A stretch of 64,000 nt of DNA, taken from positions 480,001 through 544,000 of the forward strand of contig CAWFCQ010000008.1 of NCBI GenBank assembly GCA_963814375.1. The letters are read 5' to 3'. The stretch is from an uncultured Chloroflexia bacterium. GTDB lineage: Bacteria > Chloroflexota > Limnocylindria > QHBO01. The translations under genes and the position numbers were made by a program. Positions 21,980-32,540 of this stretch are shown here, in pieces. How positions within the stretch are numbered: position 1 is the first letter of the stretch; every line of letters begins with the position of its first letter. Below the pieces are notes generated by a model that was not told where the DNA came from, did no database searches, and saw only the letters and a list, made by a program, of their open reading frames with translations.

Positions 21980-24030
21980 GTGACTGAGCGCGGCAAGATC
22001 GCCCCAGCGGAAGATCGACGCGCGCCTCGAGGTGCGGGAGGAGCGACGAGGGCGCAGGCCGGGCGATGCGTACGTCAGGATCGTGCGTCCGTACGACGAG
22101 ATCTTCGAGCGCGGCGACGAGGGCGGGCTCGTCGCGACGGAGCGGACCGTCCTGGATCGGCCCGGCTGGACCCGAGTCCTGCGCCGCGTCCGGACGGTCC
22201 TCATCGGCCGGCCGATCAGCAGCGAGCGCGAGGAGCACGAGCGCCTCACCAAGCTGAAGGCGCTGGCCATCTTCAGCAGCGACAACATCAGCTCGTCGGC
22301 CTACGCGACCGAGGAGATGATGCGGATCCTCGTCATCGCCGGCATCGGCGCGATCAGCCTGACCATGCCGCTCACGATCGCGATCTGCACCGTCCTCGCG
22401 ATCGTCGCGACCAGCTACTGGCAGACGATCCGCGCGTATCCGAAGGGCGCGAGCAGCTACCTCGTGGCGAGCGACAACCTCGGGTCGACCGCCGGCCTGG
22501 TGGCGGGCGCGTCGCTGCTGATCGACTACACCCTGACCGTGGCGGTCTCGGTCTCCGCGGCGGTCGCGGCGATCACCTCGGTCGTCCCGGAGCTGTTCCC
22601 CGAACGGGTGCTGATCGCGGTGCTCATCGTGCTCGTCCTGATGCTCGGGAACCTGCGCGGCATCCGGGAGTCGGGCACGATCTTCATGGCGCCGACCTAC
22701 CTGTACATCGGCGCCATCCTCGCGATGGTCGGCATCGGCGTGGCGCGATGGGCGACCGGCAGCCTCCCGGACTACACGCCGCCCACCGAGTGGCTGACCG
22801 CCGAATCCGGTGGCGAGGCGCTCGGCATCTTCCTCATCCTGCGCGCATTCAGCTCGGGCGCTGCGGCGCTGACCGGCGTCGAGGCGATCTCGGACGGCGT
22901 CCCGGCCTTCAAGCCGCCGGAGTGGAGGAACGCCCGGATCACGCTCGTCTGGGCCGCTGCGATCTTCGCCGCGCTCTTCCTGGGCATCAGCTTCATGGCT
23001 TCAGACGCTCGGGATCGTGCCCGACCCGACCGAGGAGCAGACGGTCCTGTCGCAGATCGCGCGGCTGCTGTTCGGCGACGGGTTCTTCTTCATCGTCATC
23101 CAGGTCGCGACCGTTCTCGTCCTGGCGTTGGCCGCGAACACCGCGTTCGCCGACTTCCCGCGCCTCTCATCGTTCATGGCGCGCGACAGCTTCATGCCAC
23201 GCCAGTTCGCGTTCCGCGGCGAGCGCCTGGCATTCACCACCGGCATCGTCGCGCTGTCCGGACTGGCCGCGCTGCTGCTCGTCGTCTTCGGCGCGAGCGT
23301 CACGGCGCTGATCCCGCTCTACACGCTCGGTGTCTTCCTGGCCTTCACGCTGTCGCAGTCGAGCATGGTCGTGCGCTGGTGGCAGCGCCGCGAGGCCGGC
23401 TGGCGGCGGGGGCTCGTCATCAACGGGCTTGGCGCGCTCACGACCGGGGTCATCGCGCTCATCGTCGTCGAGAGCAAGTTCCTGGCAGGCGCGTGGATGG
23501 TCGTGCTCGCCATCCCGCTGCTGGTGCTCCTGATGCTCGCCATCCGCGGGCACTACCGCGCCGTGGACGCGGGACTCAAGCTGGCGCGCATCCCGGCGGG
23601 CGGACGCGCCGCCGAGAAGCCGATGGTGATCGTGCCGATCGCCCGCCTCGACGAGCCGGCGCGCCAGGCGATCGCCTTCGCCAACTCGATCTCGACCGAT
23701 GCCACCGCGGTCCACGTCACGAACGATGCCGACGGCGCCGACGAGTTCCGGCGGCAGTGGCCGGAGTGGTCGGGCGGCGCCGAGCTCGTCGTCATCGAGT
23801 CACCGTATCGCGCGCTCATCGGCCCGCTGCTGGCGTACCTCGACGTCCTCCAGCGACACGACCCGGATCGGCCCGTGCTCGTCGTGCTCTCCGAGTTCGT
23901 GCCGCGCCACTGGTGGGAGAACCTCTTGCACAACCAGACCGCTCTGCGTCTGAAGCTGCGGCTCTTCACGCGGCCGAACACCATCGTCGCCGACGTTCCG
24001 TATCATCTGAGCAGGCCAAGATCGGACTGA
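21980..24030 (+). CDS. kimA: KimA/YdaO-type APC-family K+ transporter (frameshifts near 22010 and 23000)
   Basis: LIGRPI...ERL.KLKALAIFSSDNISSSAYATEE, ALTGVEAISDGVPAFKPPE, WWENLLHNQTAL. Confidence 0.85.
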
Positions 24031-24064
24031 CTTTGCCGATACGGTCGCGGTCGCGGTCCTATAC

Positions 24065-24268
24065 ATGGCCGATGCCGCCAAGCCCGACGGCTGGGAGCTT
24101 ATGGGGCTTCGCCGCACATCAGCAGGTCTTGCGACGGCAGCTCGGTCCGACAGATGGCTTGCCGAGGCGTGCGGCCCCGCTGATGGGTGCGTCCGCATCG
24201 AGTCGCATTCCGCGGAGGACGCCCTCCAACAGCTCACGACGCGACTCCGCGAGCTCCCGAACGGCTGA
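24065..24268 (+). CDS. Small hypothetical protein (67 aa)
   Basis: ORF only. Composition is plausible and the start has no clear SD. Confidence 0.35.
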   Translation: MADAAKPDGWELMGLRRTSAGLATAARSDRWLAEACGPADGCVRIESHSAEDALQQLTTRLRELPNG

Positions 24269-24333
24269 CTCACCGCCCCCGAGTCTCCGACCGTTCAGCG
24301 TCTAGCAACTTACAAGGGCCGCTTACCGGCGGC

Positions 24334-24867
24334 TTATCGGCCCTCGAACGCCGCCGTACACGCACGGATGTAGTCGGCGTCCGTCCGATAATCTTCCCGG
24401 AGATCCCAGATCGGGAGGTTCCCGTCGGGACCTAGCAGGAACTCGGTCCCAAGTTCGACGGCCTTGGCTTCGATGACCGTAACCCCGGTCTCGTGCCAAC
24501 ACCAATCGGCCTCGTCCCGGGTGAGCGGCCCTGAGTCGCTGAGATCGCCAATGGCTACGGTCTCCTCTAATACCGCCCGGCATGCCCGCTGGTAGTCCGG
24601 ATGCGCCTGCTGCTCCTCGCGCGGAGGGTTCCCAACCAACCACGGTGCTGTGGACATCAGCTCCAGCGTCACCGCCGACCTAGTTACGGCCTCAGCGTTG
24701 GCCTGACACCACACCCAGGCCGCATCGGACAGAGACGTGCACGCGGACAGGAAGACTACGAACGCGGCGGATTGCCACCAGCGACGTGAACCATGTTGCC
24801 GGCGCATGATCTTCCGGTGCGACATGCCTTGAAGACCGGTCCTCGCCGTCGCCGTCCTCTCGGCCAT
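24334..24867 (-). CDS. Putative lipoprotein with two tandem Cys-paired repeats
   Basis: Lipobox FLSAC, internal repeats WC...DYxRACxA, and TAGTCT 6 nt before the ATG. Codon usage is visibly less GC-biased. Confidence 0.6.
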   Translation of the reverse strand: MAERTATARTGLQGMSHRKIMRRQHGSRRWWQSAAFVVFLSACTSLSDAAWVWCQANAEAVTRSAVTLELMSTAPWLVGNPPREEQQAHPDYQRACRAVLEETVAIGDLSDSGPLTRDEADWCWHETGVTVIEAKAVELGTEFLLGPDGNLPIWDLREDYRTDADYIRACTAAFEGR

Positions 24868-24983
24868 GCGGGCAGACTAGCGGCTGGATTGCTACACGGC
24901 CGTGAGCACGATGCGCCGGAGAACTTCTGCCCAACCTGCGGCGTGGCTCACATCGACACGCAACGCTCATAGAAAGGCAGTCG

Positions 24984-25166
24984 ATGGGCAAGGTCGTCCG
25001 CCGACTCGGGATAACCTTCGGCTCGTTCGTGATCGCGTGGCTCGCGGTCTACCTCGTGGCCGAATGGCTCTTCGGCTCGGGCAACATTCTCGTCTGGGCG
25101 TTAGCCGCTATCGTCGCTGCCGGCATCTACCTCGAGCTCCTGCGGCGAGACCGGCGCGCGGGCTAG
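24984..25166 (+). CDS. Small two-TM membrane protein (60 aa)
   Basis: Two hydrophobic helices flanked by basic ends. GAAAGG SD-like sequence upstream. Confidence 0.55.
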   Translation: MGKVVRRLGITFGSFVIAWLAVYLVAEWLFGSGNILVWALAAIVAAGIYLELLRRDRRAG

Positions 25167-25307
25167 CGCCCTTTGGATCGGTCGCTCTGCTAATCGTATT
25201 CGGCCATGTTGATCCTCTTCGCGGGCCGCGTAGAGAACACCGGATCAGCGGTCCGGTGCGCCATCCGTGCGCGGTGCGGGCCGGTCGGAAGTGGGCCACC
25301 CGCTGCG

Positions 25308-25394
25308 TGGTGCCGGGGGTGGGACTTGAACCCACACGGGATTTCTCCCATCGGTGTTTGAGACCGACGCGTCTGCCGATTCCGCCACCCCGGC
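25308..25394 (-). tRNA. tRNA-Leu(CAA)
   Basis: GCCGGGGTGGCGGAATCGGCAGACG D-arm, anticodon loop CTCAAAC, long variable arm, GGTTCAAGTCC T-arm and encoded CCA. Perfect TATAAT at 25413-25408. Confidence 0.95.
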
Positions 25395-25421
25395 GAGGGG
25401 AGCCGTCATTATAGAAATCGG

Positions 25422-26033
25422 ATGACGGACGCTCCGCGGCCCGCCCCGACCAACCGCACGCCGCCGCTTCACGACGAGGCGGCGGTCATCGCTCGTGCCG
25501 CGGACGGCGACCGCACGGCCTTCGCGCAGCTCATGGAGCACTACCAGAGCGCCTGCTACGGCCTCGCCTGGCGGCTTCTGAGCGACCCCGATCAGGCGGC
25601 CGATGCGACCCAGGACGCGTTCATCCACGCCTATCGGGCGATCGGAACGTACCGGGGCGGCGTCTTTCGTTCCTGGCTTCTCCGCATCACCGCAAACGCC
25701 AGCTACGACATCCTGCGGCGCCAGCAGCGTCGGCCGGCGTCACCGCTGCCGGATCCGGAGGAGGGGGCACCAGAGCTACCGGACGTCGCGGCCGTGAACC
25801 CGGACGTCGAGGCGACCCGCGGCGAGATGTATCGGCAGCTCGAGATCGCGCTGCGACGCCTGCCGGAGGACCAGCGGACCGCGATCGTGCTGTGCGACGT
25901 CTATGGCATGGACTACAACGAGGTCGCGGCCATGACACAGTCGGCGCTCGGCACGGTGAAGTCGCGCATCCATCGGGGTCGCCTTCGCCTGCGCGAGCTG
26001 CTCGCCGAGCACCGGGAACTGTTCACCCGATGA
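25422..26033 (+). CDS. ECF RNA polymerase sigma factor
   Basis: AADATQDAF region 2, FRSWLLRI, and region 4 GTVKSRIHRGR. Confidence 0.93.
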   Translation: MTDAPRPAPTNRTPPLHDEAAVIARAADGDRTAFAQLMEHYQSACYGLAWRLLSDPDQAADATQDAFIHAYRAIGTYRGGVFRSWLLRITANASYDILRRQQRRPASPLPDPEEGAPELPDVAAVNPDVEATRGEMYRQLEIALRRLPEDQRTAIVLCDVYGMDYNEVAAMTQSALGTVKSRIHRGRLRLRELLAEHRELFTR

Positions 26034-26040
26034 CCGCGTC
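26015..26040 (+). promoter_or_regulatory. ECF-type promoter GGAAC-N17-CGTC upstream of the anti-sigma gene
   Basis: GGAAC at 26015-26019, CGTC at 26037-26040, ATG at 26053. Confidence 0.6.
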
Positions 26041-26052
26041 TGGAGCGTTGGC

Positions 26053-26679
26053 ATGCTGATTCCGAACCACCCGGCCGATGAGCGCCTGTCCGCGCTGGCA
26101 TCCAACGACCCCGATGCCATCGCCGACCGCTCGCTCGCCGACCACGTCACCTCATGCGTCCGCTGCACCGACTCCGTCGAGGAGCTCGGTGCGCTCCGCG
26201 CGTCCCTGGCCGAACTGCCCGACCTGCATCCGAATCGGCCCCTCCGCCTCCTCCCCGACGCGGCCCCGAAGTCCGATGGGTTCGGCTCATGGGTGCGCCG
26301 GCTCTTCGCCCCTGCCCTCACCGCGGGGGCGGCGCTTGCCGTCGTGGGCCTGGTCGGCACGAGCGGCGTGACGAACCAGCTCTACCAGAACGCCGGCACC
26401 GACCTGGACGGGGCGGATGCGGAAGTCGGCGCCGAGGCGCCGGGTGAGGCAGCGGGTGCGGGCGCGAGCCCGGTGGCGACCTACGACTCGCTCAGCGGTG
26501 CTCAACGGTCCAGCGGGGAGGCGCCAGCCGTAGCGGGCGAAGACGACAGCGAGAGCTTCGAACCCGTGACGCCCGCGCCAACCGAGACCTCCATCTTCCC
26601 GATCCTGCTCGTCAGTGGCCTGGCGGTGATCGCCGTCGCCCTCCTTCTGCGCTACGTGATCGTTCCGCGCGCCGGCTAG
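26053..26679 (+). CDS. Zinc-binding (ZAS) anti-sigma factor, membrane-bound
   Basis: Hx3Cx2C (HVTSCVRC), one TM after the ZAS domain and a second at the C-terminus. Confidence 0.85.
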   Translation: MLIPNHPADERLSALASNDPDAIADRSLADHVTSCVRCTDSVEELGALRASLAELPDLHPNRPLRLLPDAAPKSDGFGSWVRRLFAPALTAGAALAVVGLVGTSGVTNQLYQNAGTDLDGADAEVGAEAPGEAAGAGASPVATYDSLSGAQRSSGEAPAVAGEDDSESFEPVTPAPTETSIFPILLVSGLAVIAVALLLRYVIVPRAG

Positions 26680-26690
26680 ACCGGGCAACG

Positions 26691-27209
26691 TCAGAGCGCG
26701 AGGCGACCCACCACCACGGCGCCAAGCAGCAAGGCCACCATCACGGCGCCGACGATGATCGCTGCCCATCCCGAGTCGCGGAATGTGGTCGGCATCGGCT
26801 CCGGCCGGGGAGGACGACGGGTGCGGGGAATCGGGATCTCGCCCGGCTGACGAACGGTCCGGGGCGCTGCGCGGGTGTCGGCGGCAGTCGCGCGCCATGA
26901 GGCCCAGGTGCGCGTCGAGGACGGTGAGACCGGCCGGATCGGCGAGCGTGAGGCGGCCCAGTGGCCGGACGCGGGTGTTCCGGCCTCGGGGTAGGCGCGG
27001 TCGTACTCGCCGCGGCGGATGGGGTTCGAGAGGATGGCCCACGCCTCGTTGATGCGGCGCATGCGCTCGTCGGCTGCGTCGGCGCCCTCGTGGAGGTCGG
27101 GGTGATGGCGCTTCGCCAGGCGCCGATGGGCACGTGCGACCTGGAGCGGCGTCGCGTCACGGGCGAGGCCGAGGGTCGCGTACGGATCCAGGGTACGGCG
27201 CGCCTCCAT
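26691..27209 (-). CDS. J-domain protein with C-terminal TM anchor
   Basis: LDPYATLG...KRHHPD...INEAWAILSNP. TAGAAT 6 nt upstream of the ATG. Confidence 0.85.
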   Translation of the reverse strand: MEARRTLDPYATLGLARDATPLQVARAHRRLAKRHHPDLHEGADAADERMRRINEAWAILSNPIRRGEYDRAYPEAGTPASGHWAASRSPIRPVSPSSTRTWASWRATAADTRAAPRTVRQPGEIPIPRTRRPPRPEPMPTTFRDSGWAAIIVGAVMVALLLGAVVVGRLAL

Positions 27210-27297
27210 CGTCAGATTCTACGGGCCCGGAGGTCATTGCCCGCGCTCTCGCTCGCAGCCGCCGCGTGGGCGCCATCGGTCTAGACTGACCGCTCCG

Positions 27298-30189
27298 ATG
27301 CCCGACCGCCGCCCCCTCCTCATGCTCATCGACGGGCCGAGCCTGGTCTATCGCGGCTACTTCGCGCTGCCGCCCCTGACGCTCTCGGACGGGATGCTGG
27401 TCAACGCCGTATTCGGCTTTCTCCAGATCGTCCTGCGCGGGATGCAGGACGTGAAGCCGGACTACGCGATGGTCAGCTTCGACATCGGCAAGCCGCAGTT
27501 CCGGTTCGACGCCTACCCCGACTATAAGAAGGGTCGTCCGAGCATGCCGGACGACCTGCGCGCCCAGTTCCCGATCGTGCGCGAGATCGCCGGGATGATG
27601 AACATCCCCATCCGAGAGCTCAGCGGCTACGAGGCCGATGATGTCATTGGCACCCTCACGAAGCGCGCCACCGCGGAGGGCGTCGACACCATGATCGTGT
27701 CGGGTGACCTCGACGGTCTCCAGCTGGTCGACGATCACGTGCGGCTGCTCACCACCCGAATGGGCGTCGCCGCGACCGTCATCTACGACGAGGCCAGGGT
27801 GATGGAGCGCTACGGCCTGCGTCCCGACCAGATGCTCGACTACAAGGCGCTCAAGGGCGACACCTCCGACAACATCCCCGGCGTCCCGGGAGTGGGGGAG
27901 AAGACCGCCAGCAGCCTTCTTCAGCAGTTCGGCACGCTCGACGGCATCTACGAGCATCTCGACGAGGTGAAGGGCAAGCTGCGCGATCGGCTCGCCGAGC
28001 ACCGTGAGTCCGCCTTCATGTCGCGCGAGGTCGGCCGGATCGTCATCGACCTACCGGTCGAGCTGGACCTGGAGGAGGGGCGAACCGGCCGATACGATCG
28101 CCGCGCAGTCGCGCAGCGCTTCCGCGAGCTCGAGTTCCGCTCGCTCATCGACCGTCTCCCGGCTTCGAGCATCGCCCCGACCGGATACGACAGCCCCGAG
28201 GCCGAAACCAAGGGCGGGCTCCAGCTCAGCCTCGACTTGCTGGGTGGCAAGCCCGTGCCGGCCGACGGCGCCGCCGCCCCTCCACTCGTCCGGCCTGACC
28301 CGCTCGCCGATCCGGGAGGCGCCATCGAGCATGTCGATCCGCGGATCGTGCGGACGCCCGCCGACATGGCGGAGCTCGACGCGTGGCTCGAGGCGCACGG
28401 CGACGAGATCGGCCTCGGCTGGGCCGTTGGCAGCGGCCGGCCGCTGGAGCGGCACCTGCTCGGCCTCGCCCTGGCCGGCGGCGACGGGAGCAGCTGGTAC
28501 CTGCCCTGCGACCGAGCGAGCGTCGCCGCCGAGCGGCTGCCCGCCTGGTTCGGGCGCGAGGATCGCCGTCGCATCGGCCACGACCTCAAGCAGCTGGCGA
28601 CGACGCTCGCCGCCGATCGCGGCGTCGAGATGCGCGGAACCTTCTTCGACACGCTCGTCGCGGGCTACATGTGCAATCCCGCGCTACGCTCGCAGACGCT
28701 CGAGGACGTTGCGGCGACGCGCTTCGGCACGGATCTGCCCGCGCGCGCCGTCAGCGCCGACACCGGCGCCGAGGAGGGAGCGGTGGCGCGGCGAGCGGCC
28801 GGCGAGGCATTGACCACGCTGCTCATGGCACCGGCCCTCGAGCGGGAGCTGGCGGAGGGCGGACTGACCAATCTCTTCGACGAGGTCGAGATGCCGCTCG
28901 TCCCGGTCCTCGCCCGCATGGAGCTCGCGGGTGTGCAGCTCGACCTGGAGGCGCTGGCGGCGATGCGCGAGGAGTTCGGCGCGACCCTGGCCGGGCTCGA
29001 GTCCCGCATCTTCGAGCTCGTCGGGCACGAGTTCAACATCGGCTCACCCAAGCAGCTCGAGCAGATCCTCTTCCACGAGCTCGAGCTGCCTGCCACGAAG
29101 CGGACGCGCACCGGGTTCTCGACGGATGCATCGGTCCTGGAGGAGCTTCGGGACAAGCACGAGGTGATCGGCCTGATCCTGGAGCACCGCCAGGTTGCCA
29201 AGCTCAAGTCGACCTACGTCGACGCGCTCCCGACGCTGGTCGACCCCGAGGGCCGCCTGCACACGACCTACCAGCAGGCGGTGGCCGCGACCGGGCGTCT
29301 GTCGAGCACCGATCCGAACCTCCAGAACATCCCGATCCGGACGGCGCTCGGGCCGCCGCATTCGGCGCGCCTTCGTCGCCGCCGCCGGGACGGCTCCTGC
29401 TCGGCGCGGACTACTCGCAGCAGGAGCTGCGCATCCTCGCCCACGTGTCAGCCGATCCGGGACTGCGCGCCGACTTCGAGGCGCACTCGGACATCCATCT
29501 CGCCGCGGCCGCCCGGGTGCTGGGCCTCTCCGCCGACCAGGTCGGGCCGAAGGAGCGCAGCGTTGCGAAGATGATCAACTACGGCATCGCCTACGGGCTC
29601 TCCGACTATGGCCTTGCCGAGCGGCTGAAGATCCCGCGCGAGGAGGCGCAGAGATTCATCGCGGACTACTTCGCCGCCTACGAGGGGATTCGCCGCTACA
29701 CCGTCGAGATGAAGATCCTCGCTCGCGACCAGGGCTTCGTCACCACGCTGCTCGGCCGGCGCCGATACCTGCCGGAGCTGACCGCCCGCAACGGGGCGCT
29801 GCGATCGGCCGGTGAGCGGATGGCCATCAACATGCCGATCCAGGGCACTGCCGCAGACGGGATGAAGATCGCGATGGTTCGGGTCGATGCGGCGCTGCAC
29901 GACGCGCGGCCTCGCGTCTCGGATGCTGCTCCAGGTCCACGACGAGCTCGTGTTCGAGACCGACGAGTCGGAGCTGCCGGAGCTCGCCGCGCTCGTGACG
30001 GAGATCATGGAGGGCGCGCTGCCGCTCGACGTGCCGCTCGAGGTCGACCTCAAGGTGGGCTCAAACTGGGAGCAGATGGACCGATACCTCGCTTCCGACG
30101 ACGGCACCTGGAGGCGCATGCCGAAGACGGCCGACGCGGTCGCCCGGGAAGAGGCCGAGGAGGAGCTCGCCGCCGAGCTGGTGTCGTAG
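27298..30189 (+). CDS. polA: DNA polymerase I (three apparent +1 frameshifts near 29353, 29380 and 29905)
   Basis: 5' nuclease YEADD and GDTSDNIPGV, TGRLSS.DPNLQNIP, ADYSQQELR, NMPIQG, QVHDEL. Confidence 0.95.
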
Positions 30190-30196
30190 CGACACC

Positions 30197-31111
30197 ATGC
30201 CGGAGCTGCCCGAGGTCGAGACGGTCGCGCGCGACCTGCAGCGCTGGGTCGCGGGCGCCACGATCCGCGACGCGACGGTCCACTGGGACCGGACGATCCG
30301 CCATCCGCAGCCGCCCGAGCGCTTCATCGCGGAGGTGAGCGGCGCGACGATCCGCCGCGTTTCCCGCCGTGCGAAGACGGTCCTTCTCCATCTCGAGGAC
30401 GGGCGCGTGATGACCGTGGCGCTGCGCATGACCGGCGCGCTGCTGGTGACGCCGGGCGGGACTCCGCCTGACCCGTACGTGCGGGTCGTCTTCGCGCTGG
30501 CGGACGGACGGGAGCTGCGCTACCGGGACGTGAGGAAGTTCGGTCGGATCGGGCTCTGGCCCGGTGGAGGACTGCGCAGCGTCGGCGCGGGGCGAGGCGC
30601 ACGGTCGCGCAAGGTGGGGGAGGGCGGGCGCCAATATCGGATCGGCGAGGTGTTCAGCGGCCATGGACCCGAGCCCCTCCAGCGAAGCTTCACCGCGTCG
30701 CGGTTCGCAGAGCGGCTGTCACGGCGCTCGGCGAAGCTGAAGACGCTGCTGCTCGACCAGACCTTCATCGCGGGCGTGGGGAACATCTACGCCGACGAGG
30801 CACTGTGGCGCGCTCGCCTCCATCCGCTGCGTGGGGCCGACACGCTCACGCCGCAGGAGATCCGACGCCTGCACCGGGCCGTGCGGCAGGTTCTGCGGCA
30901 GGGGATCGAGAACCGCGGCTCGAGCTTCAGCGACTACGTCGGAGCGGACGGGGAGCCCGGCGACAACGCCGAGCGGCTGGCGGTCTATCGGCGCACGGAG
31001 CAGCCGTGCTACCGATGCGGACGCCGGATCGAGCGAATCGTGGTCGGGCAGCGCAGCACGCACTTCTGCCCGAGATGCCAGCGCGAGGCGGTAGCATCGG
31101 TCGAGCCATGA
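30197..31111 (+). CDS. mutM: Formamidopyrimidine-DNA glycosylase
   Basis: N-terminal PELPEVE, LRMTG, AGVGNIYADEAL, C-terminal CYRC...CPRCQ zinc finger. Confidence 0.95.
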   Translation: MPELPEVETVARDLQRWVAGATIRDATVHWDRTIRHPQPPERFIAEVSGATIRRVSRRAKTVLLHLEDGRVMTVALRMTGALLVTPGGTPPDPYVRVVFALADGRELRYRDVRKFGRIGLWPGGGLRSVGAGRGARSRKVGEGGRQYRIGEVFSGHGPEPLQRSFTASRFAERLSRRSAKLKTLLLDQTFIAGVGNIYADEALWRARLHPLRGADTLTPQEIRRLHRAVRQVLRQGIENRGSSFSDYVGADGEPGDNAERLAVYRRTEQPCYRCGRRIERIVVGQRSTHFCPRCQREAVASVEP

Positions 31112-31680
31112 AGGTGATCGGCCTGACCGGCAACATCGGCTGCGGCAAGAGCACCGTGGCGGCCATGCTGCGGGAACGAGGGGTAGCCACCGTCGACGCG
31201 GATGCCGTCGCGCGCGAGATCCGCCACAACGATGCCGATGCCCGCGCCGCGATCGAACGCCGCTTCGGCACGTACGAGGCCGGCGAGCTGGCGGCCATCG
31301 TCTTCACCGATGCAGAGGCGCTGCGTGACCTCGAGCAGATCCTCCATCCCCGCGTCCGCGGCGCGATCCGGGCGCGGCTGGCCGAGCTCGAGCAGGGCGG
31401 CGTGGAGGTCGCCGCGGTCGAGGTGATCAAGCTGTTCGAGTCGCCGCTGGCCGATGCGTGCGACGCGGTATGGGTGGTGCGCTGCGACGAGGCGGACGCG
31501 ATCCGGCGCCTCGCGGCCTCGCGCTCGATGGACGAGGAGACGGCGCGCCAGCGGCTGGCCAACCAGTCGTCGCAGGACGAGAAGGTGGCCAGGGCCGACG
31601 TCGTCATCGACGGCTCCGCACCGATGGAGGAGACGCGTCGCCAGGTCGAGCGAGCCCTGGCGACGCTGAGCGCGGGCTAG
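31108..31680 (+). CDS. coaE: Dephospho-CoA kinase
   Basis: IGLTGNIGCGKST, DADAVAR, LEQILHPRV. Conserved polA-mutM-coaE order. Confidence 0.93.
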   Translation: MKVIGLTGNIGCGKSTVAAMLRERGVATVDADAVAREIRHNDADARAAIERRFGTYEAGELAAIVFTDAEALRDLEQILHPRVRGAIRARLAELEQGGVEVAAVEVIKLFESPLADACDAVWVVRCDEADAIRRLAASRSMDEETARQRLANQSSQDEKVARADVVIDGSAPMEETRRQVERALATLSAG

Positions 31681-32504
31681 GGCGCCTCGGCAGCCTGGGG
31701 TGGCTCGAACTCCGGCGGTCGCGGAACGGGGAACCCGAACTCCTCGACGAGCCGATCGACGGTCGAGCCCTCGGTGTCCGCGGTCCGGTCGTCCTCCATC
31801 GGCCGAAGTGCCATGGTGAACGTGCCGCCGACGGCGACGAGCTCCGCGACCTTCTCCGCGGTCTCGAGGTCGGCCCGGACGATGTAGACCTCGCCGGTGC
31901 GCGCGAGGATGGTGATCGACTGGAGCGTGACCTTGGTCGACGGACCCGGGATCACGTCGGCCGCCTGCGCCTCGGCCTCCACCTCGGTCTGCCCGACCTC
32001 TGGGTTGAGCGGCATCGTCACGATCAGGTCGACCTTCTGGCCCGGCACGAGCGTGCCGGCCACGGCGTTCGCATCGGCAACGGTGAGGCTGACGGCGCGG
32101 ACGTCCGGCCCATTCGGGTCGAACTCGGCGCCCGCGTCGAGGATCGAGAAGGTCTGGCCCTCCGTCGTCGAGGCGAGGACGTTACGGGTGACGAGCTGCC
32201 CGGTCGCGACCGGAATGCCGGCGATCCGACCGAGGACCTCGTCGAGGCGCCTGAAGGCCGTCTCGTTCGTGGCATCGGCGACGACGGTGCGGACGATCAC
32301 ATCGCCCTCCTCGATCGCCTTGCGGGCCGGGATGTCACGGGTGGCGACGACCACCTCGCGCATCTCGACGTCGCGGCTCGTCGTGAGCCCGCTCGCCTGG
32401 AGGGCGACGTAGACCGTGCCCGCCACGAGCAGCGCGACGATGACCCCCACCACGATGTAGAGCTTCGAACGGCGCCGGTTCTTGTCGGTGTACTCGAGTT
32501 CCAC
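31677..32504 (-). CDS. cpaB: Flp pilus assembly protein CpaB/RcpC (SAF domain)
   Basis: TM followed by VVVATRDIPA SAF domain and RAVSLTV...VAGTLVPGQKVDLI. Confidence 0.85.
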   Translation of the reverse strand: MELEYTDKNRRRSKLYIVVGVIVALLVAGTVYVALQASGLTTSRDVEMREVVVATRDIPARKAIEEGDVIVRTVVADATNETAFRRLDEVLGRIAGIPVATGQLVTRNVLASTTEGQTFSILDAGAEFDPNGPDVRAVSLTVADANAVAGTLVPGQKVDLIVTMPLNPEVGQTEVEAEAQAADVIPGPSTKVTLQSITILARTGEVYIVRADLETAEKVAELVAVGGTFTMALRPMEDDRTADTEGSTVDRLVEEFGFPVPRPPEFEPPQAAEAP

Positions 32505-32540
32505 GGGGATCTGCGCTCCTCAGCTGATTTACGGGCTCTG

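Noticed and set aside
27298-30189. polA pseudogene or programmed frameshifting
   Set aside because: There are three single-base insertions without slippery sites, all catalytic motifs are intact, and the same error pattern occurs elsewhere.
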